The translations under genes were made by a program, and so were the position numbers. 64,000 bases of DNA from a virus: positions 32,001 to 96,000 of IMG/VR virus record IMGVR_UViG_3300044959_000303. One strand, 5' to 3'. Below the pieces are notes generated by a model that saw only the letters and a program-made list of their open reading frames with translations, did not search any database and was not told the origin of the DNA. Shown here piece after piece: positions 1-10,685 of this stretch (position 1 is the stretch's first letter; each line of letters starts with the position of its first letter).

Positions 1-289
1 ATTCTACACTATTGGCACTTGTAAATGCGGCAGCATGTGTCAACTGGTGAATTTGTCTTTCCGAATTTCTTTCGTTGATATAAAAATCGGTTTCTTTTCG
101 ATGATAACTTGGTATGTCTCCTATGTATCCGACAACTTCTTCTGTATCTTGTGGTTGATATAACTGATTTATGGTAGCGTGAAAGAATGACTTCAAAACC
201 GGAGTTTGAAGCAGAGAAGGAAGAAATTCTACGAGATTTCTTTTTTTCTCGAAGTTTTTCTTGTCCGGATTTATCGGTGTTTCTGCCAT
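1..289 (-). CDS. N-terminal part of a large virion/baseplate protein (runs off the window start)
   Basis: Manually read open frame from ATG at 289 (MAETPINPDKKNFEKKRNLVEFLPSLLQTPVLKSFFHATINQLYQP...VGYIG), 15 nt downstream of the gp6-like gene; this N-terminus resembles the large baseplate protein that follows gp6 in jumbo myophages. Confidence 0.65.
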   Translation of the reverse strand, partial: MAETPINPDKKNFEKKRNLVEFLPSLLQTPVLKSFFHATINQLYQPQDTEEVVGYIGDIPSYHRKETDFYINERNSERQIHQLTHAAAFTSANSVE

Positions 290-304
290 CTTTTTTTTTC
301 TTTA

Positions 305-3300
305 TCAGCCTCTTATTCTCAGTGAACTTCTGCTGTTGGTCTCTATAATATCTATGTTTTTTCGAGTGACATGAGGCAAAAACAATTGATTTGGTTTCGA
401 TCTTATTTCGAAAAGATTACCGAAAACAGATTCCGCGTTTTTCGGAACAATGACAATCGAAGCAATTTCCGAAACAAGGTTTTGATGTATGAAAGCAGCA
501 AGTTCAGTGAAATAGAATGTTTCACCAAAATCCCAATTTTCGATATCGAAAAATCGATTGATCAAATCTATGATTCTCGTTTTTATTTCACCATCCGACA
601 AAGATGCGTTCGGGGTTTTGATTACTTTGAAAGTTGCCTGTAATTCTTCCAAAGCTTTGTCTCCGAACAGAATTACATATTCTACCGGATTCCATATGAT
701 TTCATCACTTATCATTTTCAATTTTTCCAATTCCGAATATGTTATTTTCATTTCTGCTTGTGTAGGTGGCAAAGGTTGTGGTTCGTCTGTTTCTTCCTGT
801 ATCCATTGTCGAACAAGATCATCATAATTTTTATCCAGAACAAATATATCTATTATATTCGAAATCGATGGATCTGAAACATTCGAGAAAGGTGTTACAT
901 GCTCCCATAGAAATGTCAGATTTTTTCTTCCTCTTCTGATAAGAAAATTGTTTTTGTCCAGAATTTTCTGTGCCGAAGGCACTTTTGCCAAACCTACATT
1001 CAAACCTCCCGGTATTATATCACCAGTCAGATATACATTGTCGATTTCGAAAAGAAAAAATTCATATTGTTTGTCAGATGTACCTTCACAATAAACTATT
1101 TCTTTGTCAACCCATAAAGTTCTGGTATCCGTGTTGATGTAATATTGATCCATTTTCGTTATGGCAGAAACAAGAGTGTTTTCTATGAAGATTTTTTGAA
1201 TTTCGATTGGTTCGAAATGTTCGAGTCCATCTATATCTACAAATTTTCTCCAGAAAAGTCTCGGCGGCGGTTGAGTCGAATTTTCGATCAGTATTCTGTC
1301 GAAAGTGTCCGGATCATCGATAAAAGTATCCAGATTCGAATCACAATATGTAACGATGACTTTTCTTGGTTCTTCATATCCGTCTGGATATCTGAAAGTA
1401 TCACTGATGCAAAATGTACTGTCTTTTTCCAAACCCGGACATATCGATAACCATTCCGTATTGTTGAAATAACTCGAAGTCGTGGCACTGACTACTGCTT
1501 TGTAAATTGTGTTGTCGAAAATTACCAGACTGTTCATTGTATATGAAATTCCGGAAACCCATGCTGTAGGATTTTCATTTACAACAGAAGGGCTTGTATT
1601 GCTTCTATTGACTGTTATTATATCCTGTTTCACATTTCCTTCATTGTCGACAATTGGAGTTTTCTGTGTAAAGAAAAATCTGACATCTTTTTTGCTTTCG
1701 AAAACATGACGTAAACCTCTGAAAGTAACTGTCATTGTGCTTGGACTGTTGAAAGTTACAAGCACCATCCATTTTCTGGCGTTGTTGTCATACGTAAAAT
1801 CCGAATTCAAGTCGAATCCGGTAATATTTGGTGGTTCGATAATTTTCCAAGCATCGGTTGTAAAATCGTAATACAAACCAAAGGTATTTCTTTCTGACAA
1901 TCTGGAGATTATCGATGATGTTTCGAAACTGTTCAGTTCAGTTCTTATTTTGGGAAGAATTTTTTCTACTATATCTCCTTCCTTTACACTTCTGCTCAAA
2001 AATATTTTTCCTGTGCCTGCATCCAGAAAACCTTCGGAGACTCCTTTTCCATTGTCTATTACATTGACAACTCCTGTCCATCCAGCTTCTTTGAATTTTA
2101 TCATCGATCCGCTTTTGACAAGATCCAAACTGTTTCCTGCCGGAAATGAAAGATTTACGGCAAGTGCATTGACTGTTTGTGGTATTGGAAGAGAAGAAAC
2201 CAAAGCCGAATCTACAAATCTGCCAGTTGAACTGACATTGTCACCAGAAATTCTGTCCCACATGATCTGACCAAGTACTCCAAAAGCCGGTGGAACTTCG
2301 AATAACGAGGAATACATTGGTAATTTTGCGGCATTGTTTTTCAAGGCATCAATGATGAAATCTCTTAGTTCAATATTGGAAAACAAAGGAAAGATATGAT
2401 TGAAAAATATTTCCTCATTTGTAAGATCAACGAAATTTTCGATTACAATTTCAGTATTTTCCTTCTCTTTGAAAAGTATGCCATCATTTCCAAGAACTTT
2501 GACAGAGTTGTGTGATCCAGTAGGATCTTTTATGTCTATGAATCTCGAATGTCCAGCATATGTTCGATTGATTGCTTTGAGTTTTCGAATGTTCTGGTGC
2601 GACAAAGGCAGAGAATTGTAATCCTCTGCATTTACCATTCGATTTTGTGAATAGTAAACCTGAGGAGCATTTTTTCTTATTTCTTCCACACTTTCAGCAG
2701 GAGCAGAATTGGTCACCGGTTCTTCCAGACTCAGATAAAGTGTCAATGTTTTGTTTTTTTCTGCTGAATTTACATAATTTATCGAAACACCGACATTTGA
2801 AATATCTCTTGGACGAATTACCAGTTTGTCACCATAGCTTGTTCTGTAATAAACTCTTATACGTCCAAAAGGAACCGCTCCAAATCTTCCATCGCCAAAT
2901 CTTATCGTAATTTGATCGTTGTCTCTTGTTTCTACGGAAAATATATTTCTTACGGTAATCGGAATATCGTTGAATATGATATTTTGAATCACACTGTCTG
3001 GAACTTTGGTCCAGACAGTGTTTATCGTACCATCTTCATCGAGAGTTTGAACAAAAACATCTTCATTGTTGATATTTTCCTTGTTTATATCGAGAGTTCT
3101 GTTTTCCAAAGGAATGGTAATGTTGAAATCCGAGAACAGCAAAGATCCTTGTTTGAAAAATGTGAAAAATCCAGTCGAACTGCTATTGTTACCTCGTCCA
3201 TCCTTTTTATAGAGAATATGAAATTTCGAAAAGAAATCCGGCGATCTTTCCTTGTATCCTTCCAGTTCGGAAAAACTTACATTCACATTTTCGAACTGTA

Positions 3301-3934
3301 AACTTTCACCATCGATATTGGCATTGAAAGAGTAAACTCCTGGATTTTCACCATCGACCGTATTCAGTTGATAAACTTCGACTCTGACATTGCTTGTATC
3401 TGTTCCTCTTTGAACTGGATGACCAAATTTCGATCCATTCGAAAAAGCATTGTTCAATACAAGTATGAATTGTTCGAACCAATCCGGGTTGTTCGGATCA
3501 TTCCAATCGATTCTTATACCATTCAGATTTGTTCCATTGCTATCGAATATATCATCGTTGGTTTGAACACCTACAATCTTCAGAAAACCTTTTGCTGCAA
3601 GATTTCTTTTTGGTTTGTAAGACAGAAATCTTGCCAATCTCAAAATCGACTGTCTTCTTTCCGCAGTGTCGAAGAAATTTTCCCTTACATTCAAATCGAC
3701 CCTGAAAGCCAAGGATTCTCCCAACCATGCCAGAAGATCTACTATGGCTATGAATTCTGACGATTCGATGTAATCATTGAAATCTTCCGGATAATTCAAA
3801 CGCAAATATTCTATCAGTGATCTTCTTATTGTTTCGAAATCATACGAAACAAAGTTCACGTTGGTGAAAGCCTTGTAAATTTTTCTCCAATCCTCGGCTG
3901 CGAAAAGATTGTTTTGTCTTATACTCTGTGACAT
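305..3934 (-). CDS. gp6: baseplate wedge subunit, T4 gp6-like (extended)
   Basis: 1209 aa; N-terminal YDFETIR..LIEYLR..YPEDFNDYIESSEF / ENFFDTAERRQSILRLA, IRFGDGRFG and ES.EEIRKNAPQVYYSQNRMVNAEDY motifs. Confidence 0.88.
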   Translation of the reverse strand: MSQSIRQNNLFAAEDWRKIYKAFTNVNFVSYDFETIRRSLIEYLRLNYPEDFNDYIESSEFIAIVDLLAWLGESLAFRVDLNVRENFFDTAERRQSILRLARFLSYKPKRNLAAKGFLKIVGVQTNDDIFDSNGTNLNGIRIDWNDPNNPDWFEQFILVLNNAFSNGSKFGHPVQRGTDTSNVRVEVYQLNTVDGENPGVYSFNANIDGESLQFENVNVSFSELEGYKERSPDFFSKFHILYKKDGRGNNSSSTGFFTFFKQGSLLFSDFNITIPLENRTLDINKENINNEDVFVQTLDEDGTINTVWTKVPDSVIQNIIFNDIPITVRNIFSVETRDNDQITIRFGDGRFGAVPFGRIRVYYRTSYGDKLVIRPRDISNVGVSINYVNSAEKNKTLTLYLSLEEPVTNSAPAESVEEIRKNAPQVYYSQNRMVNAEDYNSLPLSHQNIRKLKAINRTYAGHSRFIDIKDPTGSHNSVKVLGNDGILFKEKENTEIVIENFVDLTNEEIFFNHIFPLFSNIELRDFIIDALKNNAAKLPMYSSLFEVPPAFGVLGQIMWDRISGDNVSSTGRFVDSALVSSLPIPQTVNALAVNLSFPAGNSLDLVKSGSMIKFKEAGWTGVVNVIDNGKGVSEGFLDAGTGKIFLSRSVKEGDIVEKILPKIRTELNSFETSSIISRLSERNTFGLYYDFTTDAWKIIEPPNITGFDLNSDFTYDNNARKWMVLVTFNSPSTMTVTFRGLRHVFESKKDVRFFFTQKTPIVDNEGNVKQDIITVNRSNTSPSVVNENPTAWVSGISYTMNSLVIFDNTIYKAVVSATTSSYFNNTEWLSICPGLEKDSTFCISDTFRYPDGYEEPRKVIVTYCDSNLDTFIDDPDTFDRILIENSTQPPPRLFWRKFVDIDGLEHFEPIEIQKIFIENTLVSAITKMDQYYINTDTRTLWVDKEIVYCEGTSDKQYEFFLFEIDNVYLTGDIIPGGLNVGLAKVPSAQKILDKNNFLIRRGRKNLTFLWEHVTPFSNVSDPSISNIIDIFVLDKNYDDLVRQWIQEETDEPQPLPPTQAEMKITYSELEKLKMISDEIIWNPVEYVILFGDKALEELQATFKVIKTPNASLSDGEIKTRIIDLINRFFDIENWDFGETFYFTELAAFIHQNLVSEIASIVIVPKNAESVFGNLFEIRSKPNQLFLPHVTRKNIDIIETNSRSSLRIRG

Positions 3935-3961
3935 TTTTCACGCCTTGTACTCATGAATCGA

Positions 3962-4378
3962 TTATCTCGTATTATCTATTTTATTTTCAATATTTCGAAT
4001 AAATCGCGCAAACAATGAACCAACTTCGTTGAATGGCAGAAATTTCAGATTCAAATTCACCGTTATTCCATATTCTTCTTCGTTTACATCGATGCTGACA
4101 ATTTCGACGCGAGGATCGAACTCTGCAATGTTTTTTATATCATTTACAATTCGGTCTCGTACACTTTGTGTAAATGGTTCGAAAAGAAGATCGTGTATTA
4201 TGGAACCAAATTCGGGATTCATGATTCTTTCACCTTTTTTCGTGAAAAGGTGATTCAATATATCTCTTTTTACCAATTCGATATCGTACAAACGTGTTCG
4301 AGGAATATTTCGCTCGACTGTAGAAAAACCAACATAGATTTTTTCTTTTTTTATATTGAAATTCTTTTTTATGGTCAT
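3962..4378 (-). CDS. gp25: baseplate wedge subunit, gp25-like
   Basis: DILNHLFTKKGERIMNPEFGS..DLLFEP and FDPRV motifs typical of GPW/gp25. Confidence 0.92.
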   Translation of the reverse strand: MTIKKNFNIKKEKIYVGFSTVERNIPRTRLYDIELVKRDILNHLFTKKGERIMNPEFGSIIHDLLFEPFTQSVRDRIVNDIKNIAEFDPRVEIVSIDVNEEEYGITVNLNLKFLPFNEVGSLFARFIRNIENKIDNTR

Positions 4379-4503
4379 GAAACTGTTTCTGTTTCTGGAA
4401 AAATTTGTCGAAAATATTTATTTTGAAAAATAAAAATCATACTATTTGAAATTATTCGAAAAAATGAAATTGAACGAAAGAAATTGAAAAAAAAATTTTT
4501 TTT

Positions 4504-6675
4504 TCAGTTTTCTTTACAAGGAAGATTTCCACTCTGTTCCATTGAAAGTAAAACCAATGCTTTGTTCGGTTCTTTTATTGCTCTTTTTTTCAATCCCTTG
4601 TCCCAACCACGACGAACAAGTTCCGGTGATCGAAAATATTTCAATCCGGTGGGACTTGTCGGGTCCTTTGCAAATCTTTCATTGTATATTGCTTTGATGA
4701 TTTCTTCATCGGTAAGAGTATTCGGGTCTTTTCCACTCAACGCTCGATTTACTATGTTTCTGGCTCCGGTCGGACCATGTTGAACCGATGTACTGTAAAG
4801 CACACTTCTGAGAGTCAAACTTCTGGTATTCGGATCGAAATCATAATTTTTCCTGAGTTCGGAATAAACTGGATTCAAATGAGTATTTGCTATGAAAGAA
4901 TGTTGTTTCTGTCTGAATTCGCTCGGATTTCTTCTTGCTATTTCTTTCCATTTGTCCTGAAATTTTTTGTCTCCTGCAATGGCAGCAGAAGAACCACCAG
5001 CTTCTTCGAGCTCATCTGCTATTGGATCATTATTGATTTTCAACCATTTCAAAAACGAACTCATTGTTCCTACACCAGAAGCAATCTGATAGGAACCATA
5101 ACTCCATCCTCCGGGTCCGGGATCGTAAGCTATGGTAGAGGGATCGCCGCCTGCACTTTCGAACTCGGCACTTACAATATCTATACATGATGTAGAAATC
5201 AGATCTTGTGAATTTATTGTTTCACTTTTTTCAACTTGTGGTACATCTCCTTCGAAAGGAGTTTCGTTCAATATGACATTTCCGTTGGAACGTATTGAAT
5301 TGAGTATTGCATCATTTTCCGGTGGCGGTGGTCTTACTGCAATTATATGATTTGTATATGGTTCGTGTGTAACGAGAATATTGACTATCGATTCCGTATG
5401 AGTAATTCGAAGATCTTTTGTTACGTCTCTGTGTCGAATTTTCTTGAAAGTTTTCGCGTTTCTTGCTTCTGGAACATCGAAACTGTTGAGATGTATCTGA
5501 TCTCCTTGAGCGGCAATCATGTTCGATGCTTTCAGAAACATGCTTCTTCCTGCCGTTATCAATGTTTCTTTTCCGGATTTTACATTCAGATTTCTTTCCG
5601 ATTCAATGACGAGACTTGTGGAAAGAATATCGAAATTGTTTTCGGATCTCATCGAAATATTGTTTTCACTGTGCAATCCTATGTTACCTTTGGCATGTAT
5701 GTTCAGATTTCCATCCGTATGAATGTTCAATCCTCTCTGTGCTCTTATGGAAAATTCTCCGTAAGTGAATATATCTATTCCTTTGTCGGAAAGTTCGAGC
5801 CATGTGTTGCCTTCTTTCGTATTCATGTAAATATAACCGGTAGTATCATTCAATAATATCTGTGTTCCGGTTCGTGTTCGAATTCTTATGAATTCATTGG
5901 TGTCTTTCTTTCTTTTTATGGTATTGTGAAAAAATACCGGTTTTCCTTCATTGTCGAATTCAATTTCTCCATCGTCGATATAAATTGTATGTCCTCTTGG
6001 TGTCAAGATACCAAAAACCTGTGAGGGACTTTCTCTTCTTGCACTGCTGTTCGATGGACCACGAACAGGATCTGCATACAAACCTTGTTTGTAAAGAGAA
6101 TCATGCAAAGGATCGAATCTCGGTCTTGTCGGATTGTAATAATTCAAAGGGTTGTCTGTTCTTTTGTTGTATTCCGCTACCGGTGGATCGATTTCTTTTT
6201 CATCGACAAAAACACCACTTTTATCGAAACTTTTATTCGAAGCAATTCCGGGAACCATATGATTCATGAATTGTTGATACACACAACCGAACCATATTCC
6301 CTTCGAAGGATCTCCATTGATGAAACCAACAACAACAATATTTTCCAAATCTGGCGGAATTGCCCAGAAACCATAACTCAATTGTGTTTCTGTGTATTTT
6401 GTCGAATCTTTTTTGGAAAGAAGAAAACTTGTCGATCCGGCAAACGGACTGCAATAGGAAACCGTTATCCAGTTCGATTCATCGGAAGGATTTCCACCAA
6501 ATTCAGGAATGTATACTTTCAGTCTTCCCATTTTCTGAATATCACGATTATCTTTGACAATTCCAAAATACAATCTGTCAAGTTGTATGGAATTATCGCT
6601 TTCCGATTTGAAAGCCTTGATTGGTTTGGTATGACGATGTAAATCCTGTATTGTATTTTTGTTCTTGATATTCAT
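4504..6675 (-). CDS. gp5: baseplate hub/central spike (gp5/VgrG-like) with C-terminal lysozyme-like peptidoglycan hydrolase
   Basis: N-terminal OB fold (D..KMGRLKVYIPEFGG, WITVSYCSPF, GFW..PPD), SSARRESPS, beta-helix-like middle; C-terminal FES.GG...SYGSYQIAS..GTM..FL...STSVQHGP domain. Confidence 0.85.
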   Translation of the reverse strand: MNIKNKNTIQDLHRHTKPIKAFKSESDNSIQLDRLYFGIVKDNRDIQKMGRLKVYIPEFGGNPSDESNWITVSYCSPFAGSTSFLLSKKDSTKYTETQLSYGFWAIPPDLENIVVVGFINGDPSKGIWFGCVYQQFMNHMVPGIASNKSFDKSGVFVDEKEIDPPVAEYNKRTDNPLNYYNPTRPRFDPLHDSLYKQGLYADPVRGPSNSSARRESPSQVFGILTPRGHTIYIDDGEIEFDNEGKPVFFHNTIKRKKDTNEFIRIRTRTGTQILLNDTTGYIYMNTKEGNTWLELSDKGIDIFTYGEFSIRAQRGLNIHTDGNLNIHAKGNIGLHSENNISMRSENNFDILSTSLVIESERNLNVKSGKETLITAGRSMFLKASNMIAAQGDQIHLNSFDVPEARNAKTFKKIRHRDVTKDLRITHTESIVNILVTHEPYTNHIIAVRPPPPENDAILNSIRSNGNVILNETPFEGDVPQVEKSETINSQDLISTSCIDIVSAEFESAGGDPSTIAYDPGPGGWSYGSYQIASGVGTMSSFLKWLKINNDPIADELEEAGGSSAAIAGDKKFQDKWKEIARRNPSEFRQKQHSFIANTHLNPVYSELRKNYDFDPNTRSLTLRSVLYSTSVQHGPTGARNIVNRALSGKDPNTLTDEEIIKAIYNERFAKDPTSPTGLKYFRSPELVRRGWDKGLKKRAIKEPNKALVLLSMEQSGNLPCKEN

Positions 6676-6701
6676 CGCAGAAAAAACCTTTCTATATCAT
6701 A

Positions 6702-8870
6702 TCAAGCAAAATCTCTCTGTGGAAAAATATATTTTTTATCCAAAAGTCCCTGCATGTATTCTTCGTCTTCTTTTTTTGTTTCATCGATTTCTCCAAGCAA
6801 AAGATTTACATCTATGAATGGATTTCTTCTGCAGGAAAGAGTCTGGGTGAAATTTCCACCGGAAAAAGAATGTTTGACTTGAACAACAGCATATACTCCA
6901 TTGAAAACATTTTTGGATTTGAGAACGACATTTCCATTTTCATCGATTTCCGAGGGTACCTTGAATGTAATCAGCAAATTTTCAATTCCTGTCGAATATA
7001 TGGCAAGACTTTTGTTTTCTTCGGGATTCGTGTTCAACCATTCTTCGAACCCATTTATTGGTGGAATATCTCTCGGTGTTCCCAACCAATAAGGATCACC
7101 TCGAATCGTCAAATTGATTTCGATAAGATTCTGACCATATATCTGTTCGAGAAGTGCAACGGAAAAGGATTTGCCTCTCGGATTGATTGTTTCCACGAGT
7201 CTTTCGTTTTCTGTTGGATCGAATCTTTTGCTTGTATCTACATTTATTGGAATATCGGCGTCGAGACTTTCGATGTTGGCAAGCGAAATGTCTTCTATCG
7301 ATATTTTTTTCACCTTTCGAACTCTTCCTTCTTCCTGTTTTTGAAAATTTTGCATATCGACATTTGTTCTTCTTTCGGTTCTTCTTTCGAAATCTGTTGT
7401 ATTCAAACCGAAAATACTTCGATTGTTGGGATCTTTCATCAAAGAATCCAATTCTCTTTCAACTCTTCTTCCCAATTCCACGTTTCCGAACAATTTTCCC
7501 AATTCGGAGTTTGTCATGATATTGTCTTTTTGTTCGATGACAGTTGTTGTTGCAAGATTTGTCGTCTGATTGCCAGCATAGAGAGGAAGAGCAGCTTTGT
7601 AGAGAGCATCGAAGCGAAGATCGAAATCCAGAATTTCCGTATTCAATCCGGTGAAAATATAGTTGTATCTTTTTCTCAATCTTCCAGATTCGAGAACTTC
7701 CAGAAGATTTTCTATCATTTTGTCTTTCTGTTTCTTTATTACAGGTTCGAGTTGTTTCGTGGTTCCAATACCAAACTGATTGGTTTGTGGAACAACAATA
7801 TATTCGATTTCCCGATTGTAATCTCCTCTTTCGATATCATATGGATTGTCTTCTCTTATCGATACTTTTGTTTCCAACCAGAAATATGCAGTATCGAATT
7901 TGTTGTCCGAAGCCGTCGAACTGGAAGAAGAATTTCTCAGAAGAATTTTCTGTCCTTCTTCTGTATTGACAAACAATTCTTTCAAAAGAGTTTCCAATGT
8001 TTCTCCCTTGGGAACCGTTATGTTTTTCACCACTGTTTCTGTCGGTTCCTCTTTTCTTATCTGATCTTTGTAAGGATCACTCGTGATTTTCCATTTTCTT
8101 GGATTCAAATTTTCATTTCCTATTATATCACCGAATTTTTCGGGAAAACTCAAAACTTTTATACGATAGAGATTTCTTGGTTTGCCGTTTTGAATTTCCT
8201 GTTTTTCCAATTCTTTCACAAATTGATCCAGAATTTCTCCAATCGTACTTCCTTTCAAGGTGACACTATTGGACAAAGATTGATAATTGTCTGCAAAAGC
8301 CAATTCATTGTATGTAACTGCTGTTATTTCGTAAACAGAACCGCCTGCATCGAGTTTTACCTTGATATCTTGCAAAACCAGACGAAAAATCCAACGTGTA
8401 TGTGTCATGTTGTTTTCGATGATTCTCGAAGGATTTCCATTTTCATCATATCCTTTGAATTCTATTACCAGAAAATAAGGAATACGTATCCAGTTTCTCA
8501 ATCCCAGTTCTTTTGCTGCCAAAATAATTCTGTCGATAAGGGACAAACCTCCTTGTTCTTTTATGGTAAAACTGAAATTTGTCGCGGTACTGAAACCTGT
8601 AACCGGATTCGGAGAAACGAGACCGGTAATTTCCAGATTGTCGAGATTGAAAGCTGTTGTCGCTGTTTCGGCAATTGTAAAAATATTGGCATCATTACGA
8701 AGAAAAGCTTTGTAACCTTCTCGCAGATAATTTGCCTGAGTTGTCATGTCAGTCATGAAAAATTTTATGTAATAATTGTAATTGTTCATCATTGACAGAA
8801 CATTTTCCTGCCAGTTCGTTCTGCCTCTGAGTTTCGAAATTCTTCTCAGCTTGCTCTTTTCGTTGATCAT
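6702..8870 (-). CDS. putative baseplate hub / tail protein (gp27-like)
   Basis: 722 aa in the baseplate cluster; C-terminal LTIRGDPYWLG and FNGVYAVVQVKHSFSGGNFTQTL motifs typical of hub proteins. Confidence 0.7.
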   Translation of the reverse strand: MINEKSKLRRISKLRGRTNWQENVLSMMNNYNYYIKFFMTDMTTQANYLREGYKAFLRNDANIFTIAETATTAFNLDNLEITGLVSPNPVTGFSTATNFSFTIKEQGGLSLIDRIILAAKELGLRNWIRIPYFLVIEFKGYDENGNPSRIIENNMTHTRWIFRLVLQDIKVKLDAGGSVYEITAVTYNELAFADNYQSLSNSVTLKGSTIGEILDQFVKELEKQEIQNGKPRNLYRIKVLSFPEKFGDIIGNENLNPRKWKITSDPYKDQIRKEEPTETVVKNITVPKGETLETLLKELFVNTEEGQKILLRNSSSSSTASDNKFDTAYFWLETKVSIREDNPYDIERGDYNREIEYIVVPQTNQFGIGTTKQLEPVIKKQKDKMIENLLEVLESGRLRKRYNYIFTGLNTEILDFDLRFDALYKAALPLYAGNQTTNLATTTVIEQKDNIMTNSELGKLFGNVELGRRVERELDSLMKDPNNRSIFGLNTTDFERRTERRTNVDMQNFQKQEEGRVRKVKKISIEDISLANIESLDADIPINVDTSKRFDPTENERLVETINPRGKSFSVALLEQIYGQNLIEINLTIRGDPYWLGTPRDIPPINGFEEWLNTNPEENKSLAIYSTGIENLLITFKVPSEIDENGNVVLKSKNVFNGVYAVVQVKHSFSGGNFTQTLSCRRNPFIDVNLLLGEIDETKKEDEEYMQGLLDKKYIFPQRDFA

Positions 8871-8881
8871 AATTTTTCTTT

Positions 8882-9175
8882 TCAGATATTGGATAATGAA
8901 TTTTTGCTTGGAACAATAATTTCCGTTCCTGCGGTAAAATCGAAAATTGGATCTATCAGTATATCCTTGTTTCTCAATGCAAAAACATACCAGAGTTTTT
9001 CATTTCCGTAGAAATTGTACGCTGCCAGATCCGGTCGATGATGATATTTTCCTGTTATCGTCCAGACTTTGTCATCTGTAGAACTTGGAATCTCTTTTGG
9101 AACCCATATATCCAGATAAAATGTTCGAATTGGAGTTTCCGAATATATACTCGAATTGTCGTATCTTTTCGTCAT
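8882..9175 (-). CDS. baseplate wedge protein, gp53/LysM-like
   Basis: YHHRPDLAAYNFYGNEKLWYVFALRN...DPIFDF..G..I.VP motif. Confidence 0.8.
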   Translation of the reverse strand: MTKRYDNSSIYSETPIRTFYLDIWVPKEIPSSTDDKVWTITGKYHHRPDLAAYNFYGNEKLWYVFALRNKDILIDPIFDFTAGTEIIVPSKNSLSNI

Positions 9176-9229
9176 GAATTGATTCCTTTCTCGTAAATTG
9201 TTTTTTCGTAATGAATTTTCATATAACTT

Positions 9230-9970
9230 TTATGTGAAACCTTTCTTGGAACCGAGCAGTCTTCCTTCTATGAAATCCTGAAGATCGAATTCTCTTTTAA
9301 GTTTGACAAGCGACTGTTGAACGACAATATTTACCGAAATATCTGTGACAGAAGGAACATAGGCGACACCCTGTTTCGAATTCGTAATTATTTCTGGTAA
9401 ATTTGTCGAACTGATTTCTTTGCTAGGAGCGTTGGCAATTACTTCGACTGGAACTTTGACATAATCGACATCCGAAGGAAAATTCATGTTCCAGCTTTTT
9501 ATGATAACTGGAAGAGAATTGAACATGAAATCACCGTATGCATCGAAAAGTATGGTCGGTGGAGGTAATCCTCGAATTTCTTCCGGAGTTCTTTCACCAA
9601 ACTGAATTTTCGAATAACTTCGAAAGAAATGAAATACGGCATAGAGATAAGCGGCTTCGAATTTTGTTTGTGCCGTGAAAGTTCCGCTTATCGTAAGAGT
9701 CGGGCTGTTGTTTCCACCAAAATAATACCAGTCCTGTATCGAATGCGTCAAATTTTGATTTGCCCATATTCCGTCATGAGAAAAACTCAATGTTGGTGTA
9801 TAAGGAAATATTATACCGTTTGTAATATGCAATATCCACATGGGAGAACTGAAAGCTGCTCCTTTTTTTCCATACAAACGTTCTTCCTGTCCCGGTCTTG
9901 CCCTGAGACGAACTCTTTTGTCTACTTCTATATTGTTTTCACTTGAAAAATTTGCCGAATTTGTTGTCAT
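9230..9970 (-). CDS. baseplate tail-tube initiator-like protein (gp48/gp54-like)
   Basis: GIIFPYTP, GLPPP....AYG.FMFN.LPVII, DVDY motifs; position next to gp53-like gene. Confidence 0.65.
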   Translation of the reverse strand: MTTNSANFSSENNIEVDKRVRLRARPGQEERLYGKKGAAFSSPMWILHITNGIIFPYTPTLSFSHDGIWANQNLTHSIQDWYYFGGNNSPTLTISGTFTAQTKFEAAYLYAVFHFFRSYSKIQFGERTPEEIRGLPPPTILFDAYGDFMFNSLPVIIKSWNMNFPSDVDYVKVPVEVIANAPSKEISSTNLPEIITNSKQGVAYVPSVTDISVNIVVQQSLVKLKREFDLQDFIEGRLLGSKKGFT

Positions 9971-10597
9971 TTATTTTTTATTTTTTATTTTTTCTATTCT
10001 GCTCTTCATGAAATTATATATTTCTTTGTCGAAATGTCCGTATATTTTTTTCAATTCCTCGATTTTTTCCTTGTCACTTTTATTCGAATCGAAAAAAATT
10101 TCTCGAATTTTTGTCGAACTGATATTTTCGGAAAGAACCGGCAATATGATGTAATAAGTTTTTTCGGTATATGGTTCGGCTATTTTCCTGAATCTTTCGA
10201 CAGGCATTGGATTTCCGGTAAAATCTATCGGATAAGGTTCGAAGTTCTTGACATTTGCATAACGAACTGCATCTTTTGCAGATGTTACGGTAACATGAGC
10301 CGTTTTTTCCGAATCGTATTTCGATAATATTTCTTCTGGACGAAAAATGGGATTTTTCGAAAAAACGATTCTGTTCGAAGGAACATCGAACAATTTTGTC
10401 CATAAAAATTTCTTTTCTTCGAAATTGAATGGACTTGGTGTAGTTTTGTTTTTCAAGTCCACCTTGTCACTTGTAGAAATATAGACATTGTTTTCACCAA
10501 AAAATTGAACCAATTTTCTGTAAAGATTATAATGTCCGGGGTGTGGTGGTTGAAATCTTCCACCATAAACAACTATGACATTTTCTACTCTGGACAT
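9971..10597 (-). CDS. HIGH-family nucleotidyl/cytidylyltransferase-like protein
   Basis: GGRFQPPHPGH (HxGH) and ISSTKIR (SxTxxR) motifs. Confidence 0.8.
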   Translation of the reverse strand: MSRVENVIVVYGGRFQPPHPGHYNLYRKLVQFFGENNVYISTSDKVDLKNKTTPSPFNFEEKKFLWTKLFDVPSNRIVFSKNPIFRPEEILSKYDSEKTAHVTVTSAKDAVRYANVKNFEPYPIDFTGNPMPVERFRKIAEPYTEKTYYIILPVLSENISSTKIREIFFDSNKSDKEKIEELKKIYGHFDKEIYNFMKSRIEKIKNKK

Positions 10598-10685
10598 TTC
10601 AAAATTTTCCTTTTGTTTTTTTGCGAAATATTGATTTCAAATTAATCATTTATTATTATTTATTCGAAAACAACGGAGATTTTTC

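Noticed and set aside
6870-8795. 641-aa antisense ORF (also 62037..63461, 30527..31765, 33095..34204, 34228..35301 and others)
   Set aside because: These are F/I-rich mirror frames of real genes, explained by the scarcity of TTA/CTA codons on the sense strand
305-9970. Bacterial eCIS/T6SS locus instead of a phage
   Set aside because: Portal, protease, scaffold, MCP, gp55, gp46/47 and rnh are all present, so this is a complete myophage
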